Part shown: in pieces, positions 22,017 to 33,248 of the stretch
Numbering within the stretch: the stretch's first letter is position 1
Layout of the letters: each line of letters opens with the position of its first letter
Origin: Narcine bancroftii
Taxonomy: Eukaryota
Length of the DNA stretch: 64,000 nucleotides
Assembly (NCBI RefSeq): GCF_036971445.1
Contig: NC_091471.1
Span: 109,864,001-109,928,000 of the forward strand
Reading direction: 5' to 3'
Translations under genes and position numbers: made by a program
The notes under the pieces: model-generated
Databases searched by the model: none
Told to the model about the DNA's origin: nothing
The model's input: only the letters and a program-made list of their open reading frames with translations

Positions 22017-25000
22017 TGTAATGATATGGATTGTACATAGTCATTGACTGGTAAAGGCATGGGCTGGCCCACCCCCCTGATGACACTCTCCCCTGGACTC
22101 CTCCCCTGTGGCCTAGGCCATAAAGGTTGAGCCACCTCTCCCCTCACTGCACTTCCTGAGCTTGGATCTGGGCCAGCTCAAGTCTTCTGTACAATAAAGC
22201 CTGTCATTCCCCTCAGTCTTTGTCCTTGTGGTTATTGGGGAAACTGGTAGTGCCCATCAGTTTATTGTACAGAACTAGATGCTGCTGCACCCCAATCGAC
22301 GAGAGGTGGATCCCCAAGTCTTGGGTGCATCAGAACTCTTTGAACAGTGGATCAGTTGTTTTAACAACTTCCTTGAGGCCGCTGCTGGAGTGGTCGACTC
22401 GGATGAGAAGAGGCTGAAAGTTCTACAGGTAAGAGTCGGTCAGAGGGCTTTTCAGGCCATCAGAAGCTGTGCGACCTACACCGAGGTGATGGCTGAGCTA
22501 CAGGCACTATACAAGCTCAAAATCAACGAGGTCTACTACCGCCACCTCCTGGCATCTAGAAAACAGCAGCCTGGTGAGTCAGTAGAAGAGTTCATTCGAG
22601 CCCTGATCACACTGGGAAAAGACTGTTTGGGGAACCCCACGGTCCCTGTGCCAGGGTTCCAGTGTGTGGAAGACCCGATCCAGGATGCTTGTGTGTCGGG
22701 AGTGAGGTCAGACTATATCCGACAACGTCTCTTCAAGGAGGATCAACTACCGCTGAAGTAGGTGATCCAACTGGCCAGGACTTTACACTCAGCCCAGCAT
22801 CACATGGAGTTGATCGCGGGCAGAAGTGGGCCTACCCCGTACGTGCCATCACTAGGGCCATCATCCTGGGAGTCAGTGTCGGGGACGGCCGACCCGACCG
22901 CGGGTGCAGTGGCACTGAGATCCATGAGATGCCACTTGTGTGGGCAAGCAAGACACCTATGATGATTCTGCCCTGCAAAGAGAGCTATCTGCTCGGGCTG
23001 TGTGAAAAAGGGCCATTATCAACAGGTCTGTAGGTCCAGAGACTCATCCCAAAGCAGCTCGGTGTGTATGGCTGAGGAGCTTCTGGTGCCGGCCGTGAGC
23101 GTGGTAAGGGGAGGTGCCATCTTACTCGCTGCCGCCCCCATGCTTTACACAGTGGTTGCCCTCATCGGCAAAGTCACTTCCACCACCGATGACACAACTT
23201 CCGCCTTCTTCATCAATGTTGGCAGCATGGTCAACATGGAGGCTGCCATCTTGGACATGGGCCTCCCCACCAACGACGAAGATGATGCACTCATCCTGGC
23301 ATTGATCACCTTGGACCAAACCAGCCCTCTTCCGATCACGAACTCCATGATGCAGATCGAGGTGAATGGAGACAAATCAAACTGCTTCTTTGATAGTGGC
23401 AGTACCAAAAGTTTTATCCACTCCGAGGTGGCCCGTAGGCTCTCGATCCCTGTATGGCCGATGACTGGATCCATGTCGATGGTGGCGAAAGACAGGGGAC
23501 TTGTATCCGAGGGTACTGTGTGGCATTTCTGATGGTGGGGGGGAATGTTATAATGACTTTTTGTTGTTGGTCATGCCCCAGCTCTGTGCACCGATCCTCC
23601 TTGGCCTCGACTTCCAGAGACAGTTCAAGAGTGTGATGATGGCGTTCACTGTTTGCAAACCACAGGACCCCCCCTCAAATCCAGTCCCAGCCTCTGGCAC
23701 TGACCTGCAGCCTCACTGCCCTGCGGGTGGCCCCTCCATCACTATTTGAAAACCTCACCTCGGACTGTAAACAGATTGCCATCAAGAGCATTCACTACAG
23801 TGCTGAGGATATGGCGTTCATCCGGGCCAAGGTTCAGCGACTCTTGGTGGATGAGGTCATAGCCCCTAGCTCCAGCCCCTAGAGGGCACAGGTCCTCATG
23901 GTCAAAGGGGCAGGCAAACCCCAGATGGTGACTGACTACAGTCAAACCATCAACCGCTTCACTCAGTTGGATGCATACCCTCTACCCCGGATAGCCGACT
24001 TAATCAACAAGGCGCACAATACAATCTTTTTGACCATTGACCTCAAGTCAGCTTATCATCAACTTCCTTTTCACCCGAGCGACCGGCTCTACGCGGGATT
24101 TGAGGCCGATGGCAAACTTTTTCACTTCCTCTGGGTGCCTTTTGGTGTTTATAATGGTGTCTCTGCTTTTCAGAGGGTCATGGATCAGATGGTGAAGGAG
24201 CAGAAGCTGACAGCGACATTCCCATACCTTGACAATGTCACGATCTGCGACCATGACCAGCAGGACCATGATGCAAACCTCGCAAAGTTCTTAGATATGG
24301 CCAAGTCTCTCAACTTGACGTACAATAAGGACAAGTGCATGTCCAACACAGACCGCCTGGCCCTTCTCCGTTGCATTGTGGCACATGGTGTCATTGCCCC
24401 GGACCCCAACCTCATGTGACGTTTTATGGAGCTGCCAGTTCCAAACACCCTAAAGGCGCTGAAGAGGTGCCTGGGGCTGTTTTCCTATTGTGTACAATGG
24501 GTGTCCAATTTTGGCCGACAAGGCCCACCCCCTGATTAAGTCCATAACTTTCCCGTTGTTGGTGGAAACCCAAGCTGCATTCTATCAGATCAAAGGAGAC
24601 ATCGCAAAGGCCACGATGCATCCCGTGGACGAGTCCATCCTGTTTCAGGTGGAGAGCGATGCCTCTGACTTTGCACTGGCCGCCACTCTTAACTAGGCAG
24701 GCAGGCCAGTAGCATTTTTCTCCCACACCCTGCACGGTCCTGAGGTACGGCACTCCTTGGTCGAGAAGGAGGCACAAGTGATCGTTGAGGCAGTGTGTCA
24801 CTGGCGACATTGCCTGGGTGGTAAACGGTTTACCCTGCTGACAGACCAGCGGGCTGTGGCCTTCATGTTTAATATAAAATAGTGGGGTAAAATCAAGAAT
24901 GACGTTTCTTAGGTGGAGGGATCGAGCTCTCCACCTATAATTACGACATCTTGTACCAACCAGGTAAACTCAATGATCCCCCAGATGCGCGCATCTCGAT

Positions 25001-26462
25001 TGCCTCCAGGCCCTCCACGACAGACTGTGGCACCCCAGAGTCACAAGGTTGTACCACTTTATCAAGACTCGGAACCTGTCGTACTCCGTTGAGGTCGTCA
25101 GGTCCATGACCAGAAGCTGCAAGATCTGCGCTGAATGTAAACTGCAGTTCTACCGACCCGAAAAGACACATCTTATTAAGGCCACAAGCCCTTTTGAACG
25201 GCTCAGTGTTAATTTCAAGGACCCCCTACCCACCACAAATAGGAATGCTACTTCCTGATGGTGGTGGACGAGTTCTCCAGGTTCCCCTTTGCTATTCCCT
25301 GCCCGGATATGACCTCAGAGATCGTAATTAAGGCGCTGCGAAGCATCTTCAACCTGTACGGGTACCCCAATTACATCCACAGCGATAAGGGGTCTTCATT
25401 CATGAATGAGGAACTGTGACAGTACTTCCTGGCCAGAGTCATAGCCACCAGCAGGACCACCAGCTATAACCCCAGGGGTAATGGCCAGGTGGAAAAGGAG
25501 AATGACACTGTCTGGAAGGCAGTGCTCCTAACCCTTAGGTGTCCCACTAGCAGGACGTTCTGCCGAAAGCACTCCATGCCATCTGATCTTTCCTGTGCAC
25601 CGCAACTAATACCACCCCGCATGAATGCTTGTTTGCTTTTCCCTAGGAGATCGGCAAATGGTCCCTCCATTCCTCCTTGGCTGGCAACCCCAGGGCTGGT
25701 CCTACTATGGAAACATGCGAGGGGCCACAAGTCGGATCCACTGGTGGAAGCGGTACACCTCATACACACCAACCCTCAATACATGTTTGTGAGGTACCCC
25801 GATGGCCACGAGGACACTGTTCCTATCCGAGACCTGGCGAGGGCCAGAGATCCCGAAACTGTGCTGTCCACCACCAACCACCCCACGGAGCAGACCACCC
25901 CACACTGGAACTCAATACTAGATGCAGAGCTGCCCAGCTCTCCTCTCCAGGAGTTGGTCCCCATGGGAGACATCAAACTTCCCTCTTTCCCGGGAGCCCT
26001 CAGTCATCACCCCAACCCAGACTGTTCCCCCCTGGGACTGCTTCCCCTCCCGAACAGCAGAGCACGGACACACTTACTCCCCGTCAGTCCCGCAGATAGA
26101 GGAAGTCGCCGGTGTGACTGAATCTCTAGTTAAACAGAAAATGTTTTTTGTCTGTAGGTCCCACCTCTGGAAAAAGTGGAGGGGGGGGGGGGGGGTTCTG
26201 TTTAAAATGAAGGAGTAAATGTAATGATATGGATTGTACATAGTCATTGGCTGGTAAAGGCATGGGCTGGTCCACCCCCTGATGACACTCTCCCCTGGAC
26301 TCCTCCCCTGTGGCCTAGGCCATAAAGGTCGAGCCACCTCTCCTTTCACTCCACTTCCCTAGCTTGGATCTGGGCCAGCTCAAGTCTTCTGTACAATAAA
26401 GCCTATCGTTCCCCTTCAGTCTTTGTTCTTGTGGTTATTGGGGCAACTGGTAGTGCCCATCA
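22017..26462 (+). mobile_element. Full-length decayed Gypsy LTR retrotransposon (4446 bp): LTRs 22017-22259 and 26220-26462, gag-PR-RT-RH-INT broken by stops and frameshifts
   Basis: 243-bp TG..CA LTRs, 5-bp TSD GGATC both sides, purine tract at 26204-26219; gag with degenerate knuckles, protease FDSGS, RT DAYPLPRI/IDLKSAYHQ/YLDN, RNase H VESDASDFALAATL, integrase C..C and HSDKG. Confidence 0.95.
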
Positions 26463-26759
26463 GGATCACTGTTAAAGGCAAAAGTACTTTTATTTGGGAT
26501 CATATCTCACTACAAAGGAGGTAATTATGATTGCTAGTGATTGATCATCAGAGCATTATCCTCATTTCAACCATCTTCAGCTGTTTCTTCAATGACCTAC
26601 CATTCAGATCAGAAGTGGGGATAATTGTTAATATTTGCATGATGTTCAATTCAATTTACAACTCCTCAGCAAATGACACAGCAAGGCCTGGACAACATAT
26701 GGTCATGGGCAGGTAACTTTGGCACCACCAGAGTCCCAGGGATGGTCACCTCCAACAAG

Positions 26760-27004
26760 GGTGGCGCAGTTAACGTAGCAGTTAGCACAATGCTGCTACA
26801 GCACCAGCAATTGGGATCGGGGTTTGAATCCCATGCTGTCTGTAAGGAGTTTTTACATTCTCTGTATTTTCCCCAGGGGCTTTAGTTTCCTTCCACCATT
26901 CAATACGTACTTGGCGTGTAGGTTAATTTGGTGTAAATTGGGTGGCATGAACTTGCGGGCTGAACTGGCCTGTTACCATGCTGTATTCCTAAATTAAAAA
27001 AAAA
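26760..27004 (+). mobile_element. tRNA-derived SINE, same family as 860-1096
   Basis: ggtggcgcagttaacgtagcagttag A-box region, ggtttgaatcc B-box, ggcctgttaccatgctgtattcctaaatt tail. Confidence 0.8.
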
Positions 27005-27107
27005 TTCACTAGCCTATAATGGTTTCATATTATACAATCAACAAAATGTATTGCTCTTACTCAGGCTGTCCTTGTGTAACAGCACCCATGACCACTTACA
27101 TCTAGAT

Positions 27108-28474
27108 CAGGGGTCTCAAACTCAAATTCACGGAGGGCCAAAATTAAAAACTTGGACTAAGTCGAGGGCCGAACTAAATATTTATTGAAAATTTTCAACA
27201 ACATCTGCATGTTTTCTCTTCTTTCAACATATGTAATGTTAAACTTTAGGATATAACTTTAGGAGGATAATGTTACAGGTCAGGAGTAAGTAGCTCAAGT
27301 TCACCCTTTGCTTGACCTGAGGGAAACCTATTTGGTCCCTGTGGAGATGTAGTCAGCATTCACAGGCTGTGTCCATTTTGGCCTGCATCAGGACTCAGCA
27401 TTTCCTGCTCACTCCTCAGGCTCTAGGCCTCTATTCACCCTCGACCCGCCATCCCTCTACCTGACCAGTCCTTTACCCAACCTCTACTCACCCCTCACTC
27501 CACTCGCTCTGCCTCTACCCACCCCTTCCTATACACGCCCCTCTACTGCCTCTCCCCTCAACCTGTTCCTCCCTCTACCCGTCTCTCACCCTCTAATCAC
27601 CCCTCCCCTACTCGCCCTGCCCCTCCTCTTTTACCTCTTCCCTATCCACCTCTCCTTCTACTCATCCCTCCCTCTAACTGCCCCTCGCACCACCATAACT
27701 TCCCCTGCCCATTACTCCTCACCTACACCCTCTGCCCACCCCTGCTTACCCACCCACTCAGGCCCAGCACGCTGCCGATCAGCCTTTGCGGACAGCCACC
27801 ATCTCTCTCTTCACATGCAGGGCCGAACCAGTCGTCCCTGGGGTCCGCGCGGGTGCAAGTGCTGAAGGCCGTGGCGACCGGGAGAAGTGCGTTCGCGCTG
27901 TGGAAGGGCCATCCGATGCCAGTCGCGTGGGGCTCGCGCTGCCCGGGGGCCGTGCGCAGCCTGCCATGTCCGTCGCGCCGACAGGAAATCACAGGCGCTC
28001 GCCAATCCGCCGCACCACTCGACAGGTGGGAAAAGTGACTGGTTGTGCGGGGAGCCTTCCAACTGGCTTGTCGGCTGATGACATCGACAGACTTCTCGTG
28101 TTACAATTTTGTTTTCCCCCGTTCTCAAAGTTTGCACGGTCAACCTGCAACACTCTTGCTCCCTCCGCGTCCTGTGGATCTGATGCCCGGGTGTTGTTAG
28201 GATTCCCAGCAGAAGGTTTGTGGAACTTTACCATTCTGGATTCCTTTTTGAGAATATTCTGGCCATCTTTTAAGGGGGGTGGTTTTAGGGGGGAGAGGAT
28301 AGTTAGGGGGTGGGGAAAGATGTGCAGTGAAGGGGGAGGATGGTGGGGGTGACATTACCAAAAAACAGCATCGGCTCTCGCTGCAGGGCGGGCCACCTCT
28401 AATACATTTTTTAAATGATCTTGCGGGCCAAATATAATTATATCTGGCCCGCGGGCCAGAGTTTGACATGTGTG
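27108..28474. mobile_element. Non-autonomous hAT (Charlie-type) DNA transposon, 1367 bp
   Basis: Perfect 8-bp TSD ATCTAGAT (27100-27107, 28475-28482); termini CAGGGGTCTCAAACTC and GAGTTTGACATGTGTG; subterminal ggcccgcgggcc. Confidence 0.9.
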
Positions 28475-28989
28475 ATCTAGATAATAGTGTTTCAAATGTT
28501 GCAAGTTGTCCTCAAAGTTATGCCCTATGCTGACATGGAAATATATCACCATTCCTTTTTGTCACTGTCTAAATCCTGGAATTCATGACCCAAAAGCATT
28601 TCAGTAGTCATGTAAGGACTGAAATGGTTCAGGAAAGCAGCTCTTCATTACCATTTAAAGAATATTTCAGAATGGACTTTGAATGCTGGTCTTAGCACCA
28701 AATGCTGAGAAATGAATGAAAAACAGTTAAAGCAGAAGATCTCAGAAATCAACTCGTGTTACTGATTTTTTTTTAAAAAATTGGTTCTTTTTTTTGCTTT
28801 GAACAAGGTTTTACAGGTTCACATTAATATGCTTATTTCTCCTTCTTGATCCATTTGAAGCAACCTGACAGCAGTATTTCAAAATCCAGGCTATCTTGAT
28901 TTAACTTTTTGAGGAGGGGACTTCAAATTAAATTTAAATTTGTGGAGGTAGCAAGGAGGATCTATAAGGGTTGAGTTTTTGATGTCACC

Positions 28990-29840
28990 TATATTGACTG
29001 TAGCATGGTTTCTGACAAAGTCCCACTGGGCAAGCCTTGTCAAATAAATAAAAACCCTTGAGACTGAAGGGAGAATGAAAAATTGAAACCACATTTGATT
29101 CAGCAGCAGGAAGGAAAGAATAATGTTTGACAAGTGGTTTTGTGACAGGAAGGCTGCTATAATGGCCTCCACAGAGCTCAGAACTCACTCTTTTCCTCTC
29201 TATATTATTTAATGAGTGATTCAAGTTCAAATGTGCAGAGTATGCTAAACTTTGCAGTGTGTTTCCGAGTGATGAGAAGAGTTGTAAATGCTGGAAGAAA
29301 TCCATGACCTGAGTAATTGGTTAGTTAGACTGAAAATGGCAAATTCTATTTGTTCCAGAGAGGTATGAGGTAATACTTTTTGGGGAGGTGAAACAAACAA
29401 AGAAAATATACAGTGAATTGGAGGATACTGACAGGGATGGAGGATTAGAGACTTGAAGTGAAAGTTCATGGACCCTCAGAAGTAGCAGGAGAGGTCAATA
29501 AGGTCATTGAAAGTGCATATAGACAGTTTAGTTGAGGCATAGAGTATTAGAATTGGGATCTTGTGCTTAAAGTTTATTCAACTTGAGTTAGATCACTACA
29601 CATGGCTCTATTACCACATCAGGGGAATTATGATATTGCATTAGAGAAGGAAAAGGAGTTTTATGGTGATGCTGTCTGGACTGAACAATTGTATCTATGA
29701 AGAAAGATTGGATACACTAGAGCATGGTGAGACTGAGCAGAGATACGCAAGATGGGTAAAATCATACATAGGAAAGACCTATTTTCCTTAGCAGAGGGGT
29801 CAAAAAAAACAAGGGACACAGAGTTAAAGTAATTGGTAAT
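28990..29840 (+). mobile_element. Highly degenerate CR1 RT and 3' fragment
   Basis: Remnants collinear with other CR1 copies (tctgacaaagtccca, tatttaatga, gcatagagta, ttagagaagg). Confidence 0.55.
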
Positions 29841-30335
29841 ATTCATTCACAGAATGTAACCTTCAGCTATCAGCTAGCTTATATTATTGTAGAGTGCAGT
29901 CAGTCCTAACTGTAGAAAGGCTCCATGACTCAGCAGGATTATTCACTGTTTTGAGTGATTAATTGCACTTTAAGTCAGCCTTTATGTCTAAACTGGAATG
30001 TGCATTGTGGCTGCAGCAGATGGGAGAACCTACAAGAAGCTATAGCACGTAATGGAAGAAAGCAAGCCCTATGATACTGAAATTGACCTGCTTAGCCATT
30101 AGTAGAGGAGATGAAAGAGGGAGACTGTAAGTCACTATTACTTCTCCTGTGTGGCGCCTCAGCCATCCTGCTTGCATATTGAATAACAATGTAGTGGATT
30201 GGAGAGAGACTCTGGAAGCTTCTCATAGCCACACCCAGATGCCAGACACCTAAACTTCCAGCAGAGACACCTAATGGCTTCCACTAGTTTTGCAATGGAA
30301 TCTGAAAAAAATAGCCATCACGATGAATGGAATTA

Positions 30336-31287
30336 CTTCCTGGCTATACTGCCATTGAACCATTTCCTCAGCCCTGGCTTCCGAGTTAGTCTGCCATTGT
30401 CCCATTTCCTCTGCACTGGCTTCCTGGCTAGTCTGCCGTTGTCCCATTTTCTCTGCATTGGCTTCCTGGCTAGACTGCCATTGAACCATTTCCTCAGCAC
30501 TGGCTTCCGAGTTAGTCTGCCATTGTCCCATTTCCTCTGCACTGGCTTCCTGGCCAGTCTGCCATTGAATCATTTCCTCTGCACTGGCTTCCTGGCTAGT
30601 CTGCCATTGTCCCATTTCCTCTGCACTGGCTTCCTGGCTAGTCTGCCATTGAACCATTTCCTCTGCACTGGCTTCCTGGCTAGTCTGCCATTGAACCATT
30701 TCCTCTGCACTGGCTTCCTGGCTAGTCTGCCATTGAACCATTCCCTCTGCACTGGCTTCCTGTCTAGTCTGCCATTGAATCATTTCCTCAGCACTGGCTT
30801 CCAAGTTAGTCTGCCATTGTCCCATTTCCTCTGCATTGGCTTCCTGGCTAGTCTGCCATTGTCCCATTTTCTCTGCATTGGCTTCCTGGCCAGTCTGCCA
30901 TTGAATCATTTCCTCTGCACTGGCTTCCTGGCTAGTCTGCCATTGTCCCATTTCCTCTGCACCGGCTTCCTGGCTAGTCTGCCATTGAACCATTTCCTCT
31001 GCACTGGCTTCCTGGCTAGTCTGCCATTGAACCATTTCCTCTGCACTGGCTTCCTGGCTAGTCTGCCATTGTCCCATTTCCTCTGCACTGGCTTCCTGGC
31101 TAGTCTGTCATTGTCCCATTTCCTCTGCACTGGCTTCCTGGCTAGTCTGCCATTGAACCATTTCCTCTGCACTGGCTTCCTGGCTAGTCTGTCATTGTCC
31201 CATTTCCTCTGCACTGGCTTCCTGGCTAGTCTGTCATTGTCCCATTTCCTCTGCACTGGCTTCCTGGCCAGTCTGCCATTGAATCAT
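30336..31287. repeat. 42-bp minisatellite, ~22-23 copies (catttcctctgcactggcttcctggctagtctgccattg[aa/tc]c)
   Basis: Direct tandem units without spacers; 14-aa periodicity in the ORF track. Confidence 0.95.
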
Positions 31288-32469
31288 TTATTTCATCCTG
31301 CAGGGACATTAGCTTTTCTTCTTCTCCATATGAGTCTTCTTGTCTGTGTGATCTCATTTCCCAGAAAGCTAAATGTTTGTCACTCTGGTTGCAGGTGGTT
31401 CATGTTGCTTCATGTGCTGAGGCCACTGCTAAGATAATTTCTGCAGCAGTGGTGCTCAGTTATGCCACCCTGGAGCCACATTCAAAATCACCAAGACCTG
31501 TATACCTCCTGTATGTCCATCTATCACCCCGCCAAACACATGCAATGAAAATATTAATATTTAAAAACATAAAATTATAATTGGTTTGAGCTGATGTCCT
31601 ACTGTTACATAGTGGGAATGCATAAAACTACATGTAAAAAAATAAAATGTCATATTCTGAACAGATATGGGAGATATTGAAGGGCTACAAACTGCACACC
31701 AAAGAGCCATAATTTGAGCATCACTAGAATGCAATGCTCCTGTATCCAAACTGGTGGCTCTGAGTGTCAACTTCAGCACAATGTGATTGCTTTAGCCCAG
31801 TCAGGCCAATTTACAATTCTTGGCAATCTGAAGGAAGAAAGGCACAAAGTTGGAACTGTGGTGAGTTGAGGCATAAGATACATGCTTACACCACCTGCAG
31901 CTTGTAGACCGTGGGCTGAAGGGCAAGAGGAGCAAGAACATGTGAATGAGGTATGAGCTTATGCCCACTTTCAACAATTCAGCCTCTAGTTCTGGACTTT
32001 GTCAATGCCATTCTAATAATGGTGAGTGCTGCAGGTAAGGAGATGCAGTTGTGCCTGCCCCCGCTGGTTTGCTGGAATGATTTTTGTGCTGTCTTCTCCT
32101 GTAATTGCAGGAAGGGACAAGTATGCTCATGAGTTTTGGAATGTTTGAATGAAATGGCCTTGTAGTTGCATAGATGACATTGTATGGAAACCGTGGTTGG
32201 GATAAGTTTGCAAATGGATCATTGGTACAAATAATGGAGAATGGAACCCAGTCTCTCCCTCTGCATTGTACAATTACATAATTCCATCATTTGCTGCAGC
32301 TCCAATGCCTCTTCAATGCAGGATGTTTTGGCCATGCAAGCAGGCCTATCCCTCCATTGCAATATTTGTCTATCAAGTTACCTCCTGAGGCAAGATCACA
32401 CCCAATTATATCACATATGCATTTATTAGGGAATGAATTAACCAGGTTATTTAACTTTAATTTATATTT

Positions 32470-33248
32470 TGATTAATCCAAAGTTGTGTATTGATAAGTT
32501 CCCCTTTTTCTGGAGGGAATGGCAAGGAAAAGCTATAATTAAATTGGGAGACCTTTATAATGGTGACAGTTTAAAATCTTTTAATTAACTAATCCAACAA
32601 TATATCTCTAGGTCATAATTTTGGAGATATTTTCAACTATGTCGTGCTACACGCAACTCCCACAAGTTGCTATAAAACTGTCTACTGGACTGGCTGAATA
32701 TGGTAAAGGTCACAAAGCCTCATTTTATTATTCGGCCTTAACATAAATCCCAGGGGATAAACTTTTGTTGGGTCTCACAAGAGCATGGGAAATAGAGCTG
32801 AGTGTAGTTTTTGAGACAGAAGAATAGGACAACATTTATAACAATATCAATATAATGCCAAGAGACCAGAGAGTCCACTAATTCAGTTTAAGATTCTGCA
32901 CCGCTTTTATCGGACTCCAGCAAGGTTATATAGATTAGGATTGAAAAATACCCCTGAATGCTGGCACTGTGAGGTGGATAAAGAAGACTTAGTACATGAG
33001 CTTTGCTCTTGTCCCAGAATTCAAGAATTTTGGATTATGATACATAAGTATATTGGTGAAGTTTCAGGTATACAAATTCTTTTACCCCAGACGTTTTGTC
33101 TTGAGAGACACACTTGGGTTATTGGGGGATAAATACTCTCAAAATTGGATTCAGACAACTATAATGGTAGAAAGACAAATTATACTTAAGAGGTTGGAAG
33201 AATTTGGGGGACCATCATTTCAGGAGTGGGGCTCAGAAATGGCCAAAG
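32470..33248 (+). mobile_element. Older L1-clade ORF2 3' fragment, split by the younger L1 and resuming at 38854-39110
   Basis: QFKILHRF..TP, CWHC..DLVHELCSCP knuckle; FERMLY continuation and AATAAA plus A tail at ~39090-39113. Confidence 0.75.

Noticed and set aside
26760-26835. tRNA genes at SINE heads
   Set aside because: A and B boxes are present but there is no intact cloverleaf, and each continues into SINE core and tail
30336-31287. CRISPR-like array
   Set aside because: Units are directly tandem with no unique spacers, there are no cas genes, and the context is eukaryotic
31440-32430. Possible Harbinger transposase or Myb remnant next to the minisatellite
   Set aside because: No recognisable DDE or SANT motifs and no TIRs could be identified by eye
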